Below, one piece after another: positions 21,886 to 32,545 of a stretch of 39,796 bases of DNA; position 1 is the stretch's first letter; each line of letters starts with the position of its first letter. Origin of the DNA: Octopus bimaculoides (Eukaryota); NCBI RefSeq assembly GCF_001194135.2, contig NC_068981.1, positions 130,416,974 through 130,456,769 of the forward strand. Direction: 5' to 3'. A program made the translations under genes and the position numbers. The notes below the pieces were generated by a model. The model ran no database searches and was not told the origin of the DNA. It saw only the letters and a list, made by a program, of their open reading frames with translations.

Positions 21886-22030
21886 ATAGGAAGGACAACA
21901 AAAGAAAGAAAGAGACCTCAATATTTTTCACAGGAATTTTCAATGGCTGGATAACTGAAGAGATGTTGGCGTGGGTTCCCACCCTGGCATCCGAAACTCG
22001 GAGTTTTATCATGGCTACCGAATAAGTGTC
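21885..22030 (+). mobile_element. Short Penelope-like terminal (pLTR) remnant flanked by (TA)n
   Basis: Contains a CTGAAGA..CGAAAC hammerhead core typical of PLE terminal repeats. The PLE origin is inferred. Confidence 0.5.
21950..22010 (+). ncRNA. Type-I hammerhead ribozyme motif
   Basis: Helix I GATAA(21950-54)/TTATC(22006-10); core CTGAAGA(21955-61); helix II 21962-21992; GAAA(21993-96); near-palindromic helix III ACTC-G-GAGT; GUU cleavage triplet at 22003-05. Confidence 0.7.
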
Positions 22031-22139
22031 ATATATATATATATATATATATATAAAACCACAATCTTGTGATCATGAGTGCAACACCCTAAACACTAAA
22101 CTACATATCTCCACAAAAATGATAATACTGATGTATATA

Positions 22140-22619
22140 TAGGCACAAGCGTGGTTGTGAGGTAAGAAGCCTGCTTTCCAACCCCATGGTTCCAGGTTCA
22201 GTCCCACTGTATGGCACCTTGTGCAAGTGTCTTTTACTATAGTCTCAGGCCAGCCAAAGCCTTGTAAGTGGATTTGGTTGACAGAAACTGAAAGAAGCCC
22301 ATCATATATATATATATGCATATATATATAAGATATAAGTTAGCGGTATTAAAACCATCTAAGGGATAGATGTATCCAGAGGCACTCCTAGTAATTACCT
22401 CAGTATGTATGGTCTTTGTTATAAGACATACGGTAGTAGGTAATTTAAAAAGTAAACTGTAGTTTAATGTATATAAAGACGATAAGTAAGTGGAAAAAAA
22501 AAATAACAATGAGAAGTGGATCTTTGATGTTGATCCACTTCTCATTGTTATTTTTTTCTCCATTTTCTTATCGTTTATATGTATATTTGTATGTGTGTGT
22601 ACGTACATATGTATGTATG

Positions 22620-22658
<39 letters not shown>

Positions 22659-22890
22659 GTGGGTGTGTCTTTGTATCTGTGTTTGTCCCCCACCATCGCT
22701 TGACAACTGATGTTGGTGTGTTTATGTCCCCGTAGTTTAGCTGTTTGGCAAAGGAAACTGATAGACTAAGTACTAGGCTTACAAAAAATAAATCCCAGAG
22801 TCAATTTCTTTGACAAGAACTCCTTAAGGGGTTCTAGTCAAACCCAGCATGGTGACAGTCAGGTGACTGAAACAATTAAAAGAATGCAGT
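22140..22890 (+). mobile_element. SINE family A, full-length, split by an approximately 260-bp insert in its microsatellite
   Basis: 5' half at 22140-22320, unrelated sequence at 22330-22585, (TA)n, then 3' half at 22670-22890. Confidence 0.88.
22471..22580. repeat. Long inverted repeat (hairpin) with a 26-bp perfect core and 9-nt loop
   Basis: 22497-22522 is the exact reverse complement of 22532-22557; imperfect pairing extends out to 22471/22580. Confidence 0.95.
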
Positions 22891-23004
22891 TTTAATAAAT
22901 TTTGTGAGGTACTATGGTAATTTAAAAAGTGATGATCAACCATCTAAAAAAACTTCAGTTATCTGGCTATCCTCTGATCCCAGTAGTATCAGCTAAGTGG
23001 GAGT

Positions 23005-23232
23005 TTATCCCTTTAGCATTTAAACCAACGCTATCTGGCCAAAATATTCTACCTGCTTCATATTCCAAGTGGCCAGAACTGGCCTCCCACACCTGTTCTA
23101 CAATGTCATTCTACAAATAAACAATCACATTTTCAAAATCTCAAAGCTCTGAGATAATGCATGATTAATTCAAAACAATGTGAATAAAGAAGCATTACAT
23201 TTGACAGAGTAATCTGAATGCTAAAGGATTAA
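23005..23232. mobile_element. piggyBac-type MITE, approximately 220 bp
   Basis: TTAT-CCCTTTAGCATT(23009-20) ... AATGCTAAAGGA(23217-28)-TTAA. A partial inverted copy lies at about 28450-28542. Confidence 0.82.
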
Positions 23233-23464
23233 TGCCAAATCTTTAGCAGTAACTTAATGTTTCTTGTGTAAGGAGAACAACTTCATCAACCAAAAAACCG
23301 TTTCTTATGTAAGGAAAACATTTTAGAATCTTAAATTTGTAGTTTACCATCTGTGGTTCCTCACACATGAGAACAAATTAGTAATAAAGCTAACTTTCCA
23401 GTTTCTATTCTTAGTTCACAATTGGTGTTGAGATGATTTAGAATAGAGTTAATCTTCCTTCTTT

Positions 23465-23698
23465 TATCTTTTTATCTTTTACTTGTTTTAGTGATTGGAC
23501 TGCAGCCATGCTGGGGCACCAACCTGAAGGGTTTAGTCAAACAAATCAACCTCAGTACTTATTGTTTTAAGTTTGGTAGTTATTCTATTAGTCTCTTTTG
23601 CCAAACAGCTACGTTACAGGGATGTAAACAAATCAACACTGGTTGTCAAGTGATGGTAGGGGATAAACACAAAAATAAAGACATATTTTATATACACA

Positions 23699-23735
<37 letters not shown>

Positions 23736-23885
23736 TGCACTTCTTTCTGCTTCTGTCCACCAAATCCCTCATAAGACTTTGGTCAGCCCAAGACTATTGT
23801 AGAAGACACTTCCCCAAAGTGTCACATAGTGGGACTGAACTCCAAGCCATATGGTTGGGAAGCAAATGTCTTACTATGCAATCAT
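23465..23885 (-). mobile_element. SINE family A, full-length, with (TG)n
   Basis: Both halves are present in reverse orientation. Confidence 0.85.
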
Positions 23886-24099
23886 GCTTGCACCTATGGA
23901 TATCATTGCCTGTGAGTGAGGTTAATTATGTCCCAAATTTCTTTAAATATATGCACGTTATGGTGGTACCACCCATCTGGAATCTGAGCCATTTTTTCAA
24001 CCAGTTGGTTTTATTCATTTGCTGAGGTAAAAATGTGGGATGCAAAGCAATCTGAGTAGTGCTGGTGCCATGATAAAATATAGCCAATTTGCCTTTAAA

Positions 24100-24445
24100 G
24101 GCACATAGCTCAGTGGTTAGAGCATCAGGCTCACAATCTCGAGGTAGTGAGTTCTTGACCAAATGTGTTGTGTTCTTGAGCAAAACACTTTATTTCACAT
24201 TGCTCCAGTTCACTCAGCTGTACAAATGAGTTGCGATGTCACTGGTGCCAAGCTGTATCAGCTTTTTCCTTTCCCTTGGATAACATCAAAGGCATGGAGA
24301 GGGGAAGCTGGTATGCATGGGTTATTGCTGGTCTTCTATAAACAACCTTGCCTGGACAAGTGCCTTGGAGGGGAACTTTCTAGGTGCAATCCCATGGTCA
24401 TTCATAACTGAAGTGGGTCTTTACCCTTTACCCTTTTACCCTTTG
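24100..24445 (+). mobile_element. SINE family B variant (tRNA-derived head, CORE-like domain, (TTTACCC)n-like tail)
   Basis: GGCACATAGCTCAGTGGTTAGAGCA A-box, then TGTGTTCTTGAGCAAAACACTT..CTCCAGTTCACTCAGCTG. Confidence 0.82.
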
Positions 24446-24650
24446 TAAAGTGGATGGTAAATGAGCAGAGACTACATAAGTTCAAGAGAATCCTTTAGTG
24501 TGATTGAGGACATGGTAATCTCTCCAGTGTGTGTTGACATCATGACAAAATGTACCTGTACCCAATACATTCAGTAAAGTGGTTAGTGTTAGGAAGAGTA
24601 TATGGCCACAGAGACCAAAACAAAAATAGAACATGGCATGCAACTCTTCT
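24446..24650 (+). mobile_element. Old RTE-tail-type element remnant
   Basis: GTAAAGTGGTTAGTGTTAGGAAG..GGCC resembles the RTE 3' UTR at about 8370-8410. Confidence 0.5.
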
Positions 24651-25214
24651 TTACTTTAAACAAAGTCTGCATAACTCATCAGTCATCTTCCATTCCTTCA
24701 AGATGACCGAACGATTCTGGCTGCTTCAACAGACTAACATGTATTGTATGATAGTGTTGTATTGTATTAAAGCTAATGTGTTTATGTATTGTATGATAAT
24801 GTTCATGTGCTGCACTACTGTTGCTGATGTTATTTAGCCCCTAACTTAGCCCTAATTGAGTACATCTATAATCAAAAGTATTCCACCTGTTGTTTCTAGC
24901 AGGCCAAACGACCATGTAAAGATTCTTTTGCAGGGTAAGACGGTGTTGGTATTGTAAAGTAGTTAAGTTGCCATGTGAAATTGATGATTTATAGGATTAC
25001 AGTAATATGAGAAACAGAGCAGACATTTTATTGAAATTCAACTTCAGTGAAGTCATATAACTCGGAAATTGTATTCAATAACATTATATACATGTTAGCT
25101 TGTTTCAATATAATGACTCATTTGTGCAAGATCTGTTATATAAATATATATTACAACCACCTATTCTTAGTAACAGACACTAATTCCATCATAACAAATG
25201 CTTTTGTGAAGAGT

Positions 25215-25630
25215 TCAGTCATGGCTATGTGGTAAGAAGTTTCCTTTCCAACTACATAGTTCCAGTTTCAGTCCCACTGTATGGCACCTTGTGCAAGTGT
25301 TTTCTACTATAGACTCTGGCCACCCTAAGCCTTGTGAAAAGATGAAAACTGAAAGAAGTCTGTTGTGTATTTATATTGAAATAAGTTAAAAATAAAAAGA
25401 TATATGTATATATTTAGGTGTGTGTGTGTGTGTGTGTGCCATCCCCCACTGCTTGACAACTAGTGTTGGTTTGTTTATGTCCCTATAACTTAGGGGTTCA
25501 GCAATAGTGACTGCAAAAAATATGTAACAAGCTTTAAAATAATTAGTACTGACTAAAACACTTCATGGCCACAGTCCAATGGCCGAAACAAGTAAAAGAT
25601 AAAAGAATACACACACACATACACACACAC
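25215..25630 (+). mobile_element. SINE family A
   Basis: Head at about 25215-25360, (TG)n, then a 3' half ending GAAACAAGTAAAAGATAAAAG. Confidence 0.82.
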
Positions 25631-26517
25631 ACATGAAGAAAATGAAGTGTCCGTGGAGATATGAGTAAGTGATGATGAGTAAGTACTGAGCAAGGGAAAT
25701 AATCTAGTTTTATTATGTAATAAGTCATTGTTTCTAATAATGAACTGGAGATTTGTGAGGATTAAGAAGGAGTGAGAAATTGCCATCATCATTTTTTTTT
25801 CCCGTTGTAGTGAGGATATTCAGCAATTTATTCAACTGTCGTGATTTGCTGGAATGTTACTCACATGATCAATGAATCTGGCCAGTTGTGATTTCATTTG
25901 GGAAGAATATTGCCCACATGATTAACAGGATCTGGCCAGCCACAACTTCACATGGAATAGGCTCCAGCACCTTATATCAGTTTTGATATCTTCCTTTCTG
26001 AGTCTCTCGATCATTATAAAAGCAACACATGTAACCAACATAATCAGAGAAAGCTTTGGGCTGTAGCAGAGACAACTGGCAGACAACATGGTGAACAGAC
26101 ACAAGCAGCAGCTGAATCTAGCTAATATCATCAAGACAAGCTTCTTTCAGTAATGCAATGACTAGCAGTAACTTTTCTATACTATTTCAATTACAATGAC
26201 ATCAAAACTCTCTCAACATTTATTGTGATATTTATGTTACACAAAGTACAATAATATTCAGAATCTCTCAACCTGAAATAAAATTTGTTTGTAAAAACCT
26301 AAACACAAATGCAACTTATGCATAGCAGAAAGATCTCATACTCTTCTTAGATCCAACAATTCCAACACACTGCTCAATTCCAGATATGAAATTTTTAGCA
26401 GGTGTGTAAACATGGACAATTTTGTTTTATTGCATAATGGAATGGAAGGTTTATGATACTTGTGGAGTATCTCCTTCCCCCATTATAATTATTTTTGTAG
26501 TTTCACGGAGCTGGAAT

Positions 26518-27518
26518 GGGTCACCAATTTGTAACGTCCATGCAAAGCGAGGTGACGAGAATGGCTCCTTAGTACATCACACGGTTGATACAATAAATAT
26601 AAATAGAAAAATGCATATATGTGCCAGAGGGAAAAAAGAGACACAACCGGGTAGAATGTTTAAGAGAAGATTTATTGATATGTTAACATGTGTGATTGTG
26701 TGTGCGTCATATATACAGAATAATAGACAGGCCGTCATAAGAATGAGATGTATGCATGTGTATGTAGGCATAGATGTATGCATGTTAAGAACATACAAGG
26801 ATGGCGATGAAGAAACAGTGAAAGAGTCTATAGCCATTGAAGTGAGGAGTAAGTTCATAGACACAAGAATGATAAGTACCAGTTCGTAGTCAATTGTACA
26901 CGATAGTTAAAATACTGTATCAAGAAGTTGTGGCCATGATGCAGAGCCAGTTGTGGTACATGTCGTACGTGAAGTTGTGACTGTGATGCTGCTGCCTGGG
27001 TCACTTGGTACAGGAGTTCTCGCAGGTTGTATATTCGCTGTTGATCCATGGTGAAGTAATTCACAAACAGTGCAGTGTTGTAACCACGGTGAGTTGCTTG
27101 TTGAGTTGTATATGTAGAGAGATGTAAATGTTAGGACGAAGTTGGTGAGTCTGAACATGGCTGCCGTTGTGTTGTTGCTGGAACTGGCAGTGTCTTGTGT
27201 GGTCAGTGGCTAGACCTTAAAAGGTCTGGAACCGAAAGACATCGAGACGAAGAGAAGCTGGGTTTTTATAAGGAGTTGTAGGCTCAAAACTGAGTTGAGA
27301 ACATGCTGTCACACGTGACCTTATTTAGGGACTTTGATTGGTTATACACTGCATACTGGTGCAATAGAGTAAGAGACAAATTGTGCCAATACCAACCAAT
27401 CAGAGTAGTGGATATAATGGGGATTAAAATGTGGCCAAAGGCTAGCTGTTATCTACTACGTTCATATGTATGTATATATAATAGAGAGGAGAGGAATGTC
27501 ACTCAAGTGTACACTACA
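26518..27518 (-). mobile_element. LTR (26530-27518) followed by a tRNA-Trp-like primer-binding site; internal region lost
   Basis: The minus strand begins TGTAGTG and ends CGTTACA, followed by AAT and TGGTGACCC (26526-26518), which equals the first 9 nt of a tRNA-Trp PBS. It contains CCAAT boxes, a TATA box and AATAAA in the expected order. No matching TSD was found. Confidence 0.75.
27264..27400 (-). promoter_or_regulatory. LTR U3 promoter motifs
   Basis: TATAAAA at 27270-27264, GTCACGTG E-box at 27312-27319, CCAAT motifs at 27337-41, 27386-90 and 27396-400. Confidence 0.6.
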
Positions 27519-27936
27519 ATCGAATTGGAGGATACCACCTGCTCCACCAGATTGAGTTGCTATCTCGCTGACTTTGACATATTTTCTGTTATTTTATTCT
27601 ATACCAATTGTATTAATTGAAGTTTCTGCAATCAGGGAGGATGGGGATCTTAGTTTTTTTTATTCTATTTTTTGCATGAATCTTCATGTTTTTTTTTTTC
27701 CTCACTGTCCAGTGTCCTTGTTTTTAAAATATATATAACACATAAACAGAGTCTGAAAGATTGCTTGGAAATACACAGCATATTTTATAAATATGCCTAA
27801 TTAAAGTATCATAAAAGTATGAAACTACTAGTAGCTCTTTTGATTGTGCATTAAATTGATATTTATCTTTCATTGGATGGAGTACTTTTTTTGCTGATTC
27901 TACCTATATTGGATCTACACACACATGCATGCACGT

Positions 27937-27980
<44 letters not shown>

Positions 27981-28209
27981 ATGAATAATACAAGATGTGG
28001 ATTCATGGCTACCACAGAAAGCTCTTCTTATAGACTAGACTAACAGTCCACATAGTCATCTAAAAGAGAGAAGTGTCCATTAATCTGAAATTGTAATGTT
28101 CTGAGCGATAAAAGTATTTCATCAGGAGTATATAGACCATACAGAAAGCGTTATCATTTTATTGTTTCGGTGTATATATATATGTGTGTGTCTGTGTACA
28201 CACTCATGC

Positions 28210-28390
28210 ACACACACACACACACACATGCACCACACCAAGCTTTTTTTAGCTTTTGTCAACCAAATCCACACTCACATGGCTTTGGTCAACCAGAGGC
28301 TATAATAGAAGATAGTTACCCAATGTGCCATGCAGTGGGATTGAACCTGAAACCATGTGGTTGGGAAGCAAATTTCTTAACATACACAAT
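28210..28390 (-). mobile_element. SINE family A, 5' half
   Basis: Reverse complement of the head and central segment. Confidence 0.75.
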
Positions 28391-28449
28391 GTCTGTGCGT
28401 ATCATGTTTAAGAAAATGAAAATGATTTCGATGTAATTGCTTAATTTTA

Positions 28450-28542
28450 GAATGACCTCAGAGGCTAAATCTCACCTATTTTAACATACAGTAGGTGGAT
28501 TATTTGAGCTAGATACGGCTAGTTTAAATGCTAAAGGGTTAT
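28450..28542 (-). mobile_element. Partial copy of the 23009 piggyBac-type MITE
   Basis: Ends TTTAAATGCTAAAGGG-TTAT, the reverse complement of the left end at 23009. Confidence 0.7.
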
Positions 28543-28624
28543 AGCATATCTTGACAAAAAAAGGGGTGCAAATCCATACACCACACAAACATACATTTTT
28601 ACACATTCATGATGGACTTCCACA

Positions 28625-28908
28625 GTGATTTTTGCCTACCAAATTCCAGCAAAAAAAAAATCCATTGGTTATTGAGGTTACATTAAAAATACTTGCCTAA
28701 GTTGTGATTGAAACATTGTACTTTAATCATGCATCTAGAGATTTATAAACAATGATTTTTGCTTACCAAACTCCAGCCAAAAGGCATTGGACAGCTTGAG
28801 ACTACATTAGAAAATACTTGCCCAAGTTGTCATAGAGTTGGATTGAAACCAGAAGTACAATGTTGCAAAACTAACTTTTTAATCACGCATCTAAAGAGAT
28901 TTATAGAC
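28625..28908. repeat. Diverged tandem duplication of a SINE-A-derived fragment
   Basis: TGATTTTTGC.TACCAAA.TCCAGC..AATACTTGCC.AAGTTGT..GCATCTA..GATTTATA occurs twice (about 28625-28750 and 28751-28908). Confidence 0.8.
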
Positions 28909-29437
28909 TAAAATGCTTGACTGCCTAATTTTGCTTTGCATTCATTTGCTCAAGATAACATGGATTAGATATTTACATGCAATATTAAGGGAAATATTTT
29001 ACCGTTGGATGCACTTACTAAAAGCCATTCATGCAATAAAATATTGTATATTCACTGTGAAAGTGATTTTTGGTTTTGTTTGATTATTGTTTTATTGATG
29101 GAAGTTTTAAAATGATGAAGAACTGATCATACAAATCTTATAAAAGGTGTAAACAGACGTAAACAGGTGTAGCCGGTTGTAAGGCAGCATATTTTGGTAT
29201 ATGAAAATATTTATTTACAAACATTACATCTTAACATCTTTTTTCTGAATCTCTACCCAAATCAGTTCAGGTACAAATATGTTGGGCAGTGTGTAACATT
29301 GCTTGAATTGAAATGTTACATTGTTAGTTGTTTGCAGTATGTAGTGCAATAGAAGTGAAAAGGTATGCTTGAAGTAGTAGTAGTAGTAGCCAGATAAACT
29401 AACTGGTCAGAAGTAGTGGTAATATATTTTGTTTGTA

Positions 29438-30050
29438 AAGTTGCAAACTGGCAGAATCATTAGCATGCCGGGCAAAATGCTTAGCAGCATTTTATCTGTC
29501 TTTAAATTCTGAGTTCAAATTCTACCAGAGTTTACTTTGTCTTTAGGTCTTTCAGGGTCAATAAAATAAGTACCAGTTGAGTATTGGAGTTGATTAATAA
29601 GGCAACAAGCTGGCAAAATTGTCAGTATGCTAGAGAGAATGCTTAGTGGCATCTCATCCATCTTTATGTTCTGAGTTCAAATTCTGCTGCGGCCTACTTT
29701 GCCTTTCATCCTTTCAGGGTTGATAAAATAAATACCAGTTGGGCACTGGGGTCAATTTAATTGAATTAACCCCTTCCCAGAAATTACTGGCCCTGTGCAA
29801 AAATTCAAACCAATATAGTTTGTTAGTTCCTTAAAAGGCAGTGAGTTGGCAGGATTGTTCGCATGTCAGACAAAATGCTTAGTGGAATTTCTTCTAGCTT
29901 TACATTCTGAATTCAAATCATGCTGAGGCTGACTTTGACCTTCATCCTTTGAGGGGTTGATAAAATAGGCACTATTTGAGCACTGGGGGGTCAATGTAAT
30001 CAACTAGTCTCTTCCCCACAAAATTTCAGGCCTTGTTCCTACTGTAGAAA
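29438..30050 (+). mobile_element. Three head-to-tail copies of SINE family C
   Basis: Units start at about 29438, 29601 and 29837. Each has GGC..GAGCTGGCAGAA..AAATGCTTAG..TTCTGAGTTCAAATTC..ACTTTGCCTTTCATCCTTTC.GGG.TGATAAAATAA.TACCAGTT. The central domain resembles the Meta/Sauria-type SINE domain (assignment from memory). Confidence 0.88.
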
Positions 30051-31369
30051 GAATACATTTTCTTAGTTTCTTGCTGTGGCTTCTGCTATTGATGGAGTGG
30101 CATTAACAGGAAGATAGCTTTTGCCCCTCAACAAGGGCCAAAAACCAAAGAAAGTATTTTCAGGATTATGACGTATCTCAGTTGAAAACTAGATTGCGAC
30201 TGCTAAAAATGACCTTTTGTTGACTCATATTTTCAGCAAGCAGCATAAGTTATATCATAAGATTTAGGTCAAGAAAGATCAAGCTGACACTTTCTGATTG
30301 GTCAAGGTATACAATATGCACAAAAGAAAAAGCAGCTTTCTTGCTTTTAAGTTAGAGAAAATATAAATACATACAGCTGAAAATGTCTGCTGTGGTCTGT
30401 GAGTAGGTCTAAAGTGTAGTTGATCATATCTTAGCTAAAGATGATCAAAATGGTTTTTGCTACAAAGGCAAAGTGAGTAAAGCTGATTTCAAGTCTGAAA
30501 GAGATGTGTTATATGCATAAGGTGAATTTCCTTCACCTATATCATACACAGTATGATGAATCAATCTACATTTTATGTAACACATGTCTAGTATTCTAAT
30601 ATTGTGCTAAATTATATCTCAAGGCATCATAGCAAGAAAAGGTCATTGATAAAAGCTCATAAAGACACTGTAAATGTTAAAGTTCCCAGCTTGTATGTTA
30701 CACTTCGTTATTATCAGTTGCCTGAACAAAGCCCCAATTAATATTACAGAAATATCCACTTTGAATACTTTCAAATCCTGGCTTAAAAGAACATAGCAAG
30801 ATTACAGATTAACTTTAGAGCTATACATCTCTTACAGACCTCTCCCTAAGTCTATTGAACTGAATTGAAGACAAGCACAATAGCTTGTGGTAGCAGTGAA
30901 TTACCACATTAAATTAGATGTTTGTCTTGCTTCAGATTTCATTATACTAAATTTCAAGTAAAGATTTTTGCCAACATAACATGGGAGTCCTGGTTTAGGA
31001 TGAATGTTGCTGTAATTTAGCCCCAGGAGACATCGTTTCCAGCTGGCTATATGACACAACCTGTATCCTTATATTTTCGAACAAGGGAATCTAGCACCCC
31101 CACTCAGCTCAAAATATTTGTGTATCGCGATTTCTGGGTTATTGTTGACTTCTGTATTTTTGTATGTGTATGTGTGTGTGTGTGGTGAGGGCATGTGGCC
31201 TAGTAGTTAGGGTGTTGCAAGCGTGATTGCAATATTGTGATTTCAACTCCTGAACCGAGGAGCTTGGGAGTTTTCTTATTTACAACAAAAGAGTGTAATT
31301 TAAGGGACATTCACCTGTTATTGCTAGTGGGTAAAGCAACCACATAAAGACTTCCTTGTTGACTACTTT

Positions 31370-31383
31370 TGTATGTGCATATG

Positions 31384-31440
<57 letters not shown>

Positions 31441-31484
31441 NNNNNNNNNNNNNNNNNNNNNNNNNNNNNNNNNNNNNNNNNNNN

Positions 31485-31544
<60 letters not shown>

Positions 31545-31755
31545 TGTGTCTGTGTCCACCCATCGTCGCTTAACAACCAGTGTTGGTGTGTTTTCATCCC
31601 TGTAACTTGGCAGTTTGGCAGAAGACACTGATAGAATAAGTACTAAGCTTACAAAGAATAAGTCCTGGGGTTGATTTCTTTGACTAAAATCCTTCAAGGC
31701 AGTGCTCCAGCATGGCTGTATTCAAATGACTGAAACAAATAAAGGAGTAAAAGAA
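31370..31755 (+). mobile_element. (TG)n with N gap, plus SINE family A 3' half
   Basis: Directly visible; 3' half as at 22670-22890. Confidence 0.85.
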
Positions 31756-31859
31756 TATGGGAACTATTATGGAAGACAATCAGATGGATTGTACCTCCTG
31801 TAATTCAAAGGGTCACACATTGTCTCACTGGTTCTTATTTTCTAAAGACTCTCTGGCAT

Positions 31860-32120
31860 AGTAATCTCATTATCAGTTTAACATCCACATTTCCATGCTT
31901 GCATGGGTCAGGTGGAACTTGTTAAGGCAGATTTTCTTTGGCTGGATTCTCTTCCTGTCACCAACCCTCACCTGTTTCCAAGTAAGGTAATATTTTCCCA
32001 TGCTCAGATTATATTTTCATGGAAGATTGGAAACAAATGACACTACTTCTATGTCGGTGACACTCGCTTACAACTATCATGTGATGTTAAGGCAAGGAGA
32101 CAGTAACACACACACACACA
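31860..32120 (-). mobile_element. RTE-tail-type short element, different subfamily
   Basis: TTTAACATCCACATTTCCATGCTTGCATGGG..GGCTGGAT.CTCTTCCTGTCACCAACC parallels the start of the 4146 element. Confidence 0.65.
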
Positions 32121-32123
32121 GAG

Positions 32124-32378
32124 TGGAAGTGCATGGCTAAGTGGTTAAGGTGTTGGACTCATGATCGTAAGATTGTGGTTTCAATTCTTGGACTAGGTGG
32201 TGCATTGTGTTCTTGAGCAAAACACTTAATTTCATGTTGCTCCAGTCCACTCAGCTGGCAAAAATGAGTAATCCTGTAATGGACTGACATCCCGTCCAGG
32301 TGGGGTATTTATATGTCATGAAACCGGGAAACCAGCCTTTATGAGTCAGCATGACTTGAGAAGGTAACTTTATCTTTT
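32124..32378 (+). mobile_element. SINE family B, full-length, inserted in a (CA)n tract
   Basis: tRNA-like head GTGCATGGCTAAGTGGTTAAGG..GTTTCAATTC, CORE-like domain, GATGGACTG.CATCCCGTCCAGG segment; (CA)n on both sides. Confidence 0.88.
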
Positions 32379-32384
32379 ACACAC

Positions 32385-32545
32385 ACACACACACGACAGG
32401 TTTCTTTCAGTTTCCATCTACCAAATCCACTCACAAGGCTTTGAATTTCCTGTAGCTACAGTAAAAGACATTTGTCAAAGGTGCCACACAATGGGACTGA
32501 ACCCAAAACTATGTGGTTGGGAAGCAAGCTTCCTACCACACTACC
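32385..32545 (-). mobile_element. SINE family A, 5' half
   Basis: Reverse complement of the head at 22140. Confidence 0.8.

Noticed and set aside
24100-24175. tRNA-like sequence (also 32127-32200 and 31186-31260)
   Set aside because: There is no complete cloverleaf or acceptor stem, and at 24100 and 32127 it continues directly into a SINE body. These are SINE heads, not tRNA genes.
24650-24745. Minus-strand candidate exon (QNRSVILKEWKMTDELCRLCL)
   Set aside because: Weak acceptor context and no recognisable homology.
25850-25950. Two faint DLA.(C/H)(D/N)F motifs reminiscent of mariner YSPDLAP
   Set aside because: Too degenerate, with no TIR or other transposase motifs nearby.
26422-26889. 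155-aa plus-strand ORF
   Set aside because: It lies antisense across the LTR end and PBS and has no domain features; probably incidental.
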